NCBI GenBank assembly: GCA_947427985.1 | Contig: CANEKB010000001.1 | Coordinates: 1 to 40,604 of the forward strand | Length of the DNA stretch: 40,604 bases | Source: an uncultured Candidatus Saccharibacteria bacterium | GTDB lineage: Bacteria > Patescibacteriota > Saccharimonadia > Saccharimonadales > Saccharimonadaceae | Direction of reading: 5' to 3' | Shown here: one piece after another, positions 1 to 8,386 of the stretch | Position numbering within the stretch: position 1 is the stretch's first letter | Layout: each line of letters begins with the position of its first letter | Notes under the pieces: model-generated | What the model was told of the DNA's origin: nothing | The model's input: only the letters and a program-made list of their open reading frames with translations | Databases searched by the model: none | Position numbers and translations under genes: made by a program

Positions 1-482
1 AAAAAGTTCGCAGGATCATCACGGTCGTACTGGCTGTTGTGATGGTCATGAGCTGCGCGGTGCCGGCGTTGGCGGCTGAGGCTGACGGGGTGACCACGGG
101 CTGGGCCGATGTCAACGAGGTGGTTACGGCTACCGAACCGGCCGGGGTCGGCGTGAGCCCTCGGTATGTCAAGGAATGGTCTATCGGGCGCACCTATGTC
201 ATGGTCATTGGAAGTGAGGTTCGCAACGCGACTGTGCACGTTGACGTACATGACCAAGTGGACAGCAATGTCGCCTATAACCCCAATGACTACCAGGTTG
301 ATATCATAGTGAACGGCGCCAACGGACGGATTTGGAGCGAGGAGGACTGGATGAAGGACAGAAACTACAACTCTTTCTGGATCGGTACCGATGTTACTGG
401 TGTCCTGATCCGTATCGTTCCGCGTAACAGGCTGCTTTTCCCCGCGCCCGCGAAGGCGTTCCGTGTCCAGGTCACCTACTAA
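1..482 (+). CDS. Secreted hypothetical protein, 5'-partial
   Basis: Frame is open from nt 3 (KVRRIITVVLAVVMVMSCAVPALA, Sec signal-peptide-like), so the true start is probably upstream of the window. Stop at 482. Confidence 0.7.
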   Translation, partial: KVRRIITVVLAVVMVMSCAVPALAAEADGVTTGWADVNEVVTATEPAGVGVSPRYVKEWSIGRTYVMVIGSEVRNATVHVDVHDQVDSNVAYNPNDYQVDIIVNGANGRIWSEEDWMKDRNYNSFWIGTDVTGVLIRIVPRNRLLFPAPAKAFRVQVTY

Positions 483-578
483 TTATTAGGCGTAACGAAG
501 TGGGCAGCTAAAGCTGCGGTTTCTTAGTCGGACATTTTTGATCATTATGCCCGATACTTTTGCTCCTCTCATTGATAC

Positions 579-608
579 GAGCCCCGGTTAAGACCGGGGC
601 TCCCTTTA
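579..608 (+). terminator. Intrinsic terminator
   Basis: GAGCCCCGGT-TAAG-ACCGGGGCTC 10-bp stem followed by CCTTTA. Confidence 0.65.
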
Positions 609-683
609 TGCAAATTTCAGCGTTGATATTAATATAAACTAGCAATATAATAAACATAATGATAGCTGTGATGAAGGTGAAGC

Positions 684-1985
684 ATGGAGGTAAGAATGGG
701 GCTTAGGCTGGCGGATGCGGTGCGCCTGGCTTCGGGGAACGTCGTAAGTTATAAGTTGCGAAGCTTAGCAATCATCTTGACGGTGTCGGTGATTTTTGGG
801 CTGGTGATGGGGGTAAATTTTTTGTTTGCGGGGATGCGCGAGAGTATGCTCGAGGCGTCGGTAATCAACACCGATGGTTATAGCTATGTATCGGCGTATT
901 TTGACAAAGGCTCGTCGGAGGGGAATTCAGAGACGCGTCTGGCTAAGCGAATCGAGAGGGATCATGGGGAAGTAGTTGGGGTAGTGCGTAACTGTTTTAT
1001 TGACAGGGAGCAGTTCGGAGTAATTGATTTGGGGTTGGTCGAGGATTTGGTGGATAATAATTTACTATCGGAGGTGCCAGAGGGGCGGGTGCCGGTCATA
1101 GTGAGTAGAAGGGTCTTTGAAGAAGAATATAGCCATCAGCAAGAACTGGAGCTACTCGAAGCGGAGTATTATCAGGTAGGGGAGTATGCGAGCGAGGCTA
1201 CGAGGATGCCGCTGTTGCCAGGGGAATATAATATTCTGAATTTGCCGCTCACGAAGATGTACGATAGTCCGAGTGGGATTGGGCTAGGTTTAGCTGGTAT
1301 TACGCTGGTGGATGACGGTTCGGGACGGGTCGAGCAATATATTGAGGCGAAGCGTCAGCAAGCTGCGGAAGGCTATGGTAATAATCAAGTGGTTACAGCG
1401 AAGGTGATCCGGTTTGGTAATTTTGGGGATTTGACGAGATTCGTCGATACCTCGGATACGCCGGAGCGGAAAGCATTGGACCCGGATTCACTCCTAATCA
1501 GCGCGGTTTATTCTGATACGGCAGATATAGCGCGAGGATTTATTGCGGCGGATAGAATCGTGATGATAGCGGAGATAATTCTACTAGTGGTGGCGGTGAT
1601 CGTGACGGCGTTTACTTTTATCCATCTAATCGATCAAGATGCGCGGACGGTGGCGCTCTATCGGTCGCTGGGGGCGAGTACGAGGGAAATTATTATGGTG
1701 TATTTTATTTATCTTCTAGAGCTGTTTTTGCTGGCGGTGGTGGCGAGTGTTTTGATTGGGCTAGGGGTGGTGGCAGTAGTGTCGCTAGGGAATGCGGGAA
1801 TCTTAGCAGAGAATTTGCAGATGTATTATGACTTGTCGTCGGCACCAAAAGTGACGCTCCTAGGAATTGATTGGCGATTCTTCTTCACGATAGGTTTGAT
1901 GCTAGTGGCGGTGATAATAGCTTTATTCCTATCTGCGGACCGTTTCTCGAAACGACGGATTGCGATGGCGCTAAAAAAGGATTAG
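684..1985 (+). CDS. FtsX/MacB-family ABC transporter permease
   Basis: N-terminal RSLAIILTV TM helix, extracytoplasmic domain, C-terminal FtsX motif ALYRSLGAS plus 3 TM helices. Confidence 0.85.
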   Translation: MEVRMGLRLADAVRLASGNVVSYKLRSLAIILTVSVIFGLVMGVNFLFAGMRESMLEASVINTDGYSYVSAYFDKGSSEGNSETRLAKRIERDHGEVVGVVRNCFIDREQFGVIDLGLVEDLVDNNLLSEVPEGRVPVIVSRRVFEEEYSHQQELELLEAEYYQVGEYASEATRMPLLPGEYNILNLPLTKMYDSPSGIGLGLAGITLVDDGSGRVEQYIEAKRQQAAEGYGNNQVVTAKVIRFGNFGDLTRFVDTSDTPERKALDPDSLLISAVYSDTADIARGFIAADRIVMIAEIILLVVAVIVTAFTFIHLIDQDARTVALYRSLGASTREIIMVYFIYLLELFLLAVVASVLIGLGVVAVVSLGNAGILAENLQMYYDLSSAPKVTLLGIDWRFFFTIGLMLVAVIIALFLSADRFSKRRIAMALKKD

Positions 1986-1988
1986 CGG

Positions 1989-3302
1989 ATGCGGCTGAGG
2001 GACTATCTACGCTTGGGGTTGGCGAATATTGCCTGTAATCGCCGGCGATGCGCCTTGGTAGTGATTATCACGGGGGCGATGTTTGCGCTGATTTTTGCGG
2101 GGTTCGAGGTGATTCGTGGGCTAGAGGTGGCAACACAGAAGCAGGTGACAGATTTTACGGACGGGCAGGTCCTGCTAAAGCTGACGGTAGAGGATGGATT
2201 AGAAGATTCGGAGGGCGAATTGGCACGGCAGGTAGTAAAATACGGCGGATATACAGAGCCGGTAGAAGAATATTGGTTTGACGAGATGATGCACCTGTAT
2301 CTATTTCCGGCGAGATTAAAGGAGAGCTTGGCGGACAAAATTATCGATGATGTGGCTGGCGGTGTACCGATTTTAATCTCGACGGATGAAGCGGGGAGAT
2401 GGCGGCGTTTAACGATTAGTAAAGACATGGGGATGCAACGACGGCTGGAGCTGGTGGCGAAGATTCGTGCACAGTCGTTAGGGAAGGTGATTGAGAATAA
2501 CGGATTCGGCACGCGACCAGATATCGAGAAGACGCAGTTTTTCGTGGCGGGATTGCTGCCGGCTAATCTGGTGGGAGTTTCATTGTCGCTGAGCAACATA
2601 GGCGACATGCAAAATCCGCTTAACTTCATTTTGGAAGTGATCCCGACTGGTGGTAGCGAGGCCTTTGTCCTAGAACGTCCAGGGGGAGTAGAAGTAAGTA
2701 CGAAGGAGAGTGAAATTTGGGCGGTGTTCCCAGATGCGGAAATAGCGTATGAATTTGTGATGGATCGGCAGATGTGTAGCGGGATGAATAAGACTTGCAT
2801 TAGCAAATATCAGTATATGGTGCGGGAGGTGATTGGCAATCCGCTGGGCGTAAAGATGGGCTTCCGGGAGATCGAGAAGGCATATACGATTATTTGGATA
2901 GTCTTGACGGCGATTGGGGCGTTTATTACGATTTCTACCTATACACGCCTAATTAATCAAGAAGTGCGGAATATTGCGCTTTACCGGGCATTAGGAGCGA
3001 CTGTGAAGAATGTTTATATTATATATGCGACGTACTTAGTGATTCTAAGTCTACTGACGATGGTGGTGGCACTGATGGCCGGTACTCTGCTTGCGTTAGT
3101 AGTAAGTCTAGTATATCAGGGGGCGTTGAGTGCGGATTTCGCGGTTAGCTTCGGGATCGAGCCGGTGTCGGTGTGGCTAGCAGGATGGGACAGTACGGTA
3201 CTGGTCATTGTGGCGATTAATGTAGTGGTGGCTCTGGCTAGTGCAGGGGTGAATATTTTCCAGCTTTCGATGACGAAGGTGGCGCAGAAGCTGAAAGGAT
3301 AG
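1989..3302 (+). CDS. FtsX/MacB-family ABC transporter permease
   Basis: Same architecture; IALYRALGAT motif. Confidence 0.85.
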   Translation: MRLRDYLRLGLANIACNRRRCALVVIITGAMFALIFAGFEVIRGLEVATQKQVTDFTDGQVLLKLTVEDGLEDSEGELARQVVKYGGYTEPVEEYWFDEMMHLYLFPARLKESLADKIIDDVAGGVPILISTDEAGRWRRLTISKDMGMQRRLELVAKIRAQSLGKVIENNGFGTRPDIEKTQFFVAGLLPANLVGVSLSLSNIGDMQNPLNFILEVIPTGGSEAFVLERPGGVEVSTKESEIWAVFPDAEIAYEFVMDRQMCSGMNKTCISKYQYMVREVIGNPLGVKMGFREIEKAYTIIWIVLTAIGAFITISTYTRLINQEVRNIALYRALGATVKNVYIIYATYLVILSLLTMVVALMAGTLLALVVSLVYQGALSADFAVSFGIEPVSVWLAGWDSTVLVIVAINVVVALASAGVNIFQLSMTKVAQKLKG

Positions 3303-3316
3303 CTGAGATGGTTTGT

Positions 3317-3440
3317 CGGTTGCCAGTCTAGTTATTTCTCAAGACCATCCAGCATAGAAAATGCACAAGTACATAAGAAACGTCTATTCTTACGAGTGGG
3401 CGTTTCTTTTAGTCTTTCGTAATAGTTAGACTGGCAACCG
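3317..3440 (+). other. Structured intergenic element: long inverted repeat enclosing a terminator-like hairpin
   Basis: 3317-3336 pairs with 3421-3440 (20 bp, 2 G:U on the + strand); inner 15-bp hairpin ~3375-3408 with 3 G:U pairs, followed by a T-rich tract. Confidence 0.55.
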
Positions 3441-3656
3441 TTCTGTTCATCTCAACATTTTCTCCAATCCTCTCTTTGATTACTTTATATGGCTAGTCCT
3501 GAACAATGATTCTGATTACGGACGAACTTGTACGCGGTGTACAAGTTCAGCTTAGATTTATCTCTGTTATCTTTGTTGATTTTAGGCTTAATTAAACCAA
3601 GATACGATATATCCAATAGGAGTAATATGCTATCGAACTAATTCCTAAGGAATTAG

Positions 3657-3866
3657 TTGGCTTGCGTCCGCAGCGGTCATCAAAGTATTGAAATTAGTTG
3701 GCGTGATGCATTTTATGCGGCTGGTGTAAGCGGTATTTACTATAGTAGTTCTGCCGGAGCTACTACTAATAGAGTTAATTACCTTACAGTAGACGATTTG
3801 GTATCCAAAAATACCTACTATGACCGTTACTGGGGCTTTCCCCTCCGTTGTCTAGCCATAGAGTAA
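3657..3866 (+). pseudogene. Orphan C-terminal fragment of a C-type-lectin-fold (FISUMP/Fib_succ_major-like) domain
   Basis: VRSG...GIYYSSS...YL...RYWGFPLRCL motifs; TTG start directly after an in-frame TAG; no N-terminal domain. Confidence 0.55.
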
Positions 3867-3890
3867 TATACAAGGGAGGATGGTAGAAGG

Positions 3891-4385
3891 CTATTTCTGG
3901 AGGTAGAGTTGGTAAATGTTGCGCCAGGCTTTGCGCCATTCGGGGAAGTTGAGCTGAGTTTCGACTTCGGCGAAGGGAACCCAGGCGGCGCCGGCGATTT
4001 CAGACTCTTGTTTATGAAGAGCGGCAGAGGAAGGGTTGAGCTGGGCGAGGAAGAGGACGACTTCTTTTTCGACGTTGAGGCGGGGAATGTAGTAGCCGAA
4101 GCTGTGGCGAGTGGCGGGAGCGAGGATGATGGAGAGGCCGGTTTCTTCTTGGACTTCGCGGAGGGCGGTTTCGAATTCGGTTTCGCCGGGTTCGACGTGG
4201 CCTTTGGGGAAGCCGGTAAGGCCGTTTTGTTGCGAGACGAGGAGGACTGCACCATTCTTTACAATGACTGCGCCGCAAGATTTTTCGTGTCCGGCGCCAG
4301 GATGAGGATGTTCAGAGTCGATGGGCTCGGCGTTGGAAAAATTAGGTACGTTAGGGTCGTTTGCGATGGCGGGAGAGTTGTTCAT
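3891..4385 (-). CDS. NUDIX hydrolase (Ap4A hydrolase-like)
   Basis: Nudix box PKGHVEPGETEFETALREVQEETGL; HEKSCGAVI motif; TATAAT 6 nt upstream of the ATG (leaderless). Confidence 0.9.
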   Translation of the reverse strand: MNNSPAIANDPNVPNFSNAEPIDSEHPHPGAGHEKSCGAVIVKNGAVLLVSQQNGLTGFPKGHVEPGETEFETALREVQEETGLSIILAPATRHSFGYYIPRLNVEKEVVLFLAQLNPSSAALHKQESEIAGAAWVPFAEVETQLNFPEWRKAWRNIYQLYLQK

Positions 4386-4413
4386 AGGTATATTATACTA
4401 TGTAAGTCTATGG

Positions 4414-4423
4414 TGCTATAATA
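4414..4423 (+). repeat. attL core TGCTATAATA
   Basis: Identical to 38229-38238; joining the phage sides gives inverted arms around a 6-bp spacer. Confidence 0.75.
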
Positions 4424-4462
4424 TACCAACTCAAACAAAATTTATTATTTGATATTTTACCT

Positions 4463-4486
4463 AACCACGAGAAATCGTGGTTTTTT
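4463..4486 (+). terminator. Intrinsic terminator just inside attL
   Basis: AACCACGA-GAAA-TCGTGGTT followed by TTTT. Confidence 0.8.
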
Positions 4487-4839
4487 GGTTCTATTGGGGT
4501 TATTAAGTTGCTAATCGACACAGCTATCTTAGTAGCTCCATAGAATCAAAAAGCCAAACTGTAAAATCCCTAGTTTAAGGATTTTAACAATTTGGGAGAT
4601 CGTTTGAAGTTTTAATCGAGCGATGGTGCGTCTATGGAGCCGGCTATGTATTTGTTTTTTGAGCTTGGGCAGACGGGTGCGCCTTCGCTCTTGTTATCAA
4701 AAAAGTTTATCGCTCCAGCGGTGGGCATTGGTATTTTGCCGTGGGAGGGCTTTTATTTGCCTACTAAGCTGATATTTTGCCTTTCCGCACCTATGCTTAC
4801 CGCCGGAGTGATAAGCACCAAAACAAAAAGGAGTAGAAC

Positions 4840-5070
4840 ATGAAAAATGATACTAAAAATGAACTTGAGAATAAAAATGGTGAAGTTGTGATTATCCTGC
4901 CGGAGCCAGAAGTTCCACCAATCAAGAGAATCACAATCTTCTTACTGGGGGTTAGCAGCGCACTTTTAGCGGCTGCGTATATCAATTTTAATGAAAACCT
5001 CGGGCTTTTAGCATTAGGAATCGTATTATTCCTGTTTATTTTTGACGAGGGTTTTCGGAGGATTTTTTAA
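4840..5070 (+). CDS. Small phage membrane protein
   Basis: AAGGAG RBS; two hydrophobic segments. Confidence 0.7.
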   Translation: MKNDTKNELENKNGEVVIILPEPEVPPIKRITIFLLGVSSALLAAAYINFNENLGLLALGIVLFLFIFDEGFRRIF

Positions 5071-5074
5071 CGAA

Positions 5075-5374
5075 ATGAGAATTAAGAAAGACACCGCGCA
5101 CGACCTCTACGCTACTATCTATGACAGTTGCGTTGAGGAAATCCAAGAGGTGGGTTCTGGAAACTGCGTAAATAGATTAGCAGAGATACTCTGCGAAGAT
5201 TATGAAAACTGGCCGGATGAAAAATGTCAGAAGGTCGCACAACAATTCTTTGATGATAACTACGATCGCGCTCACGCGGAAGCACTAGAATCATTTGAGC
5301 CAAGCGCACGAGAAGAAGCGATGGCCGATATTCAAAGAGAAACTATGGCTGCTTTAGCTGTAAGGGGGTGCTAA
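5075..5374 (+). CDS. Phage hypothetical protein
   Basis: ORF in a tightly packed operon; in-frame ATG at 5075 preferred over TTG at 5042. Confidence 0.65.
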   Translation: MRIKKDTAHDLYATIYDSCVEEIQEVGSGNCVNRLAEILCEDYENWPDEKCQKVAQQFFDDNYDRAHAEALESFEPSAREEAMADIQRETMAALAVRGC

Positions 5375-5601
5375 TGACTATTTCTGTAAGTGAGGTTTTA
5401 GAAGATGCTTTTGCGGAGTGGTTTGAAAGCGATAGCTTTGAGAGCCGTAGTGATTTTGAAGACGCCATCGATCGTTTTGTAGATAATATCACCGAAGAAG
5501 CGGCTAGTATCGGAAGGCGAATTACCAAAATGACGGCGGAAGAACTGGACGACTGGTGCGGCATCAGTATTAACGAAGATACGGAGGAAGACTATGAATA
5601 A
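5374..5601 (+). CDS. Acidic phage hypothetical protein
   Basis: TAATG stop/start overlap at 5372-5376; very D/E-rich. Confidence 0.65.
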   Translation: MTISVSEVLEDAFAEWFESDSFESRSDFEDAIDRFVDNITEEAASIGRRITKMTAEELDDWCGISINEDTEEDYE

Positions 5602-6331
5602 TGAAAATGCCAAAGACGACAATGAGATTCAAAACAAAAATACACCTGTTTTATCTAATGAAGATAAGCGCGACCTTACAATGTCGATCAGAACCACTAA
5701 AACCGATGTTATGGATCCGGTGGCGTACGAACAGATGAAAATGATTTCGCGAGATATGATGGAGAGTAAAAGCCTACCTGCTTCTTTTACAAACGTGTCT
5801 CAAGTCCAAATGGCCCTAATGGCCGGTCATGAGATGGGTATGACCACAATGGAATCTCTAAACGACTTGTATTTTGTTGGCGGAAAACTCCAGATTTACG
5901 GAAAGGCTACGCCGGCGGCATTGCGACGCGCGGGGTGGCGAATTCGTAAGTTCGAAGAGACGAAAGATTCCTGTACGGCTACGGTATTCAACCCAAAAAC
6001 AGACGAAGAAATCACCGACACCTTCACATTTCAAGATGCCGAATTGTCTGGCTTTACAAAAGACAAATACGGCAACATTAAGCTGGGCTGGAAGGAAGGA
6101 GCTAATCGTAAGCGTAAGTTGCGCTATGGAGTGCTCAGCCAAATTATTCATACGTACCTACCGGAAGTATTAGGTAGCGTAACCGGAATAGGCGATTACA
6201 GCGAAGATTATATGGCTGCCGAGCAGCTAGATGGCCAATACAGGCAAGCGCGAGAGCAAGAAAAACGAGCCGAGAAACTGGAGCGCCTACAACATCTTGA
6301 CGAGCCAGAAGAAGCGGAGGTCGTGAAATGA
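5594..6331 (+). CDS. Putative ssDNA-annealing recombinase (RecT/Beta-like)
   Basis: ALMAGHEMGM..MESL..LY.VGGK and FTFQDA..SG motifs; adjacent to an exonuclease gene. Confidence 0.65.
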   Translation: MNNENAKDDNEIQNKNTPVLSNEDKRDLTMSIRTTKTDVMDPVAYEQMKMISRDMMESKSLPASFTNVSQVQMALMAGHEMGMTTMESLNDLYFVGGKLQIYGKATPAALRRAGWRIRKFEETKDSCTATVFNPKTDEEITDTFTFQDAELSGFTKDKYGNIKLGWKEGANRKRKLRYGVLSQIIHTYLPEVLGSVTGIGDYSEDYMAAEQLDGQYRQAREQEKRAEKLERLQHLDEPEEAEVVK

Positions 6332-7059
6332 TAATCCAAGAGTTCGATAAAGATAGTCCGGAGTGGCTAGAAGCGCGACAGGCAGTCATTACCGGAACGC
6401 GCGTAAAGAGTGTAAAACCGCTGCTGCGTAAAGGTAAAACTGGTAGTCAGCCTATGGAGTTTTGGAAAATCGTCGCAGAATACGTTAGCTATGGCGTAGA
6501 AGAAGAATCGCCAATGGTGCGAGGAACACACCTAGAAGCGGAAAATGCCGAGAAAACCATTGAAAAATACGGTCTCACGAACCCAATATACGACAGAGGC
6601 ATGATCTGGAAGGACGACAATGGCTTGCTCGGCTGTAGTCCAGATGCCTGCGAGAATACCGAAGAGCCGGAGTGGTCTATTGAGTGTAAGAGCCTTAACA
6701 CCGCCGAGCATCTGTATCTGATAATGGCCGACAAATTTGCTAAAGGGGAGTTACCGGATGAGTTTGAATCCTTGTTCCCGCCACGACTAGGCGAGTACCG
6801 CGGCATAGACAGCGTGGCCGAAGAGCATCAACACCAAGTGAAACAATCCTTTGTAGTAGATCCTAAGCTTCGCGTAGTTTATTACAGCCTGTACGACCCG
6901 CGCATTGTCTTAGACAATCTACAACATTACGTCATCGAAGTTAGACGTAGTGAAATGCTAGACGATATATCTAGCCAGAAACAGATGGTCGAGGAGCAGG
7001 CATACAAAGCCCGCGCGATAGCAAAGCTTCTTACCGCAATAAATGCGCAAGCAAAATAA
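6328..7059 (+). CDS. YqaJ/lambda-exonuclease family protein
   Basis: SPEWLEAR...ITGT, MVRGTHLE, GCSPDA, IECKS (PD-(D/E)xK) motifs. Confidence 0.85.
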   Translation: MIIQEFDKDSPEWLEARQAVITGTRVKSVKPLLRKGKTGSQPMEFWKIVAEYVSYGVEEESPMVRGTHLEAENAEKTIEKYGLTNPIYDRGMIWKDDNGLLGCSPDACENTEEPEWSIECKSLNTAEHLYLIMADKFAKGELPDEFESLFPPRLGEYRGIDSVAEEHQHQVKQSFVVDPKLRVVYYSLYDPRIVLDNLQHYVIEVRRSEMLDDISSQKQMVEEQAYKARAIAKLLTAINAQAK

Positions 7060-7092
7060 ATTACATCATATTTTAAGTAGGAGAAGATTCCA

Positions 7093-7251
7093 ATGAAAGC
7101 ACAAATTAGTATTGAAGGAATTGACAGCATTTTTGCTAACGATTTTCTTAAACTGGCCAATAAGCTTATGCAGGACTTAGCCGAAGGAGTTGTTATAGAT
7201 AAAGAGAAAATGAAGATCGATATTAGCATTTCAAACGCAGAAAACGAGTAG
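7093..7251 (+). CDS. Small hypothetical protein (52 aa, MKAQISIEG...)
   Basis: AGGAG RBS; below the ORF track cutoff; translated by hand. Confidence 0.6.
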   Translation: MKAQISIEGIDSIFANDFLKLANKLMQDLAEGVVIDKEKMKIDISISNAENE

Positions 7252-7254
7252 TAG

Positions 7255-7520
7255 AGGTCATGGTGGCGCCATGAGAGGTTACGGAAAAATCTTTGGTAGC
7301 TACCGACTCATGGCCGTTCAGACCGTGCCACCATCTGAGCACCTCCCAATTAACTCTTATGACCAAAGTCTCTCAACGAACGTTTTGAATAAAAACGTAA
7401 AACTCTGGTCTCTAGACGAGCGCAGTATATGTTTCCGCTGCTCGCCTAGCAAGCAGCCAAGAAAATGCTCATGGCTGTTTGCTAGGTCGCTCCAGAAAGT
7501 CGCAGTTGATCTGGAGCGAT
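7255..7520 (+). ncRNA. Candidate structured non-coding RNA region
   Basis: Stems 7260-7269/7325-7334, 7268-7275/7307-7314, 7445-7459/7472-7486, 7487-7496/7510-7519. Confidence 0.35.
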
Positions 7521-7553
7521 CTTACAGGTACTAAAAATAAGTGAGGTAAAAAA

Positions 7554-7880
7554 ATGGGCGATAAAAAAGTAAAGCTCCGTATGGGGATGCGCAATCGCAT
7601 CACCAAAGAACGCTGGGAGGCCATCAAAGACGACACCGACAAAGACTTGCCGACTGCAAAAATCGCAAAACGACACTCGGTCAGCGAAGGCACAGTCCGC
7701 AAAGTGCAAAGAAGCAAAACGTTTCACGAATACCGCTTACGCGCCGATGATCAAGTCCGCAGTCGGAATACGCCAACGGTCGTTATTGCTCCAACCAGCG
7801 GATTGCCATTTGAAGATTTCGGGCCAAAGAGATTATTTTTTCGCCCAAAAAGGTTGAGCCTGCAATCAACAATTCTCTAA
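7554..7880 (+). CDS. Helix-turn-helix protein, possibly extended to 8008 by a -1 frameshift
   Basis: LPTAKIAKRHSVSEGTVRKV HTH; GAGGT RBS. Confidence 0.7.
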   Translation: MGDKKVKLRMGMRNRITKERWEAIKDDTDKDLPTAKIAKRHSVSEGTVRKVQRSKTFHEYRLRADDQVRSRNTPTVVIAPTSGLPFEDFGPKRLFFRPKRLSLQSTIL

Positions 7881-8004
7881 GCGAACGGCTGGATCGCGAA
7901 GCTGAGCGCTCCGCAAAGTTCTTGGGCGTTGTTCTACTTGGCGTCGGCATAATTGGAGTTATCGTATTAGCTCTAGTGGTCGTAGCAATAATCGGGGGCG
8001 GCAA

Positions 8005-8166
8005 ATGAAAGCATTGGCCTATATTTCACTATTTGTTTGCGCCTTGAATATCGTTATATCTCTCGGGGTAATAGAACTGACTATATTTTGGGGAGTTGCG
8101 GCGGTCGTACCACTCACGATGATTTTTTATTGGAAATTAAAGGAAAAATATGAAAACAAAATATAA
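8005..8166 (+). CDS. Small membrane protein (53 aa, MKALAYISLF...)
   Basis: Hand-translated; two hydrophobic stretches; ATGA overlap with the upstream -1 frame. Confidence 0.55.
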   Translation: MKALAYISLFVCALNIVISLGVIELTIFWGVAAVVPLTMIFYWKLKEKYENKI

Positions 8167-8386
8167 GGTAGTATTCAAAATGGCCGGCGGTACAATTCTC
8201 AAAGTCAAAGAGTTCGTCCGACCAGCCGGAGTCGTTTATTGCGCTACGCAGGATGTTCCAGACAATGCCAACGAGGTCCAAATCGAGAACCTTGAAACCA
8301 GAGGAATAGCTAGTTACGAACTTAATCATGGTCAAATCCCTCGCAAGAGTGTCGACGCTCTAAAAGCATTCGTAGGAGGCGTATGA
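8150..8386 (+). CDS. Phage hypothetical protein
   Basis: AAGGA RBS; coupled to the next gene. Confidence 0.65.
   Translation: MKTKYKVVFKMAGGTILKVKEFVRPAGVVYCATQDVPDNANEVQIENLETRGIASYELNHGQIPRKSVDALKAFVGGV

Noticed and set aside
3657-3866. Second (trans) target of the prophage DGR
   Set aside because: No visible nucleotide similarity to TR 26031-26131 and no IMH-like GTTGTCGCCG
3827-4421. ORFs 3827-4255, 3909-4421, 4012-4278 and 4111-4305
   Set aside because: Shadow frames of the NUDIX gene
4634-4843. 69-aa ORF
   Set aside because: No RBS or motif; overlaps repeated regulatory-like boxes; not supportable
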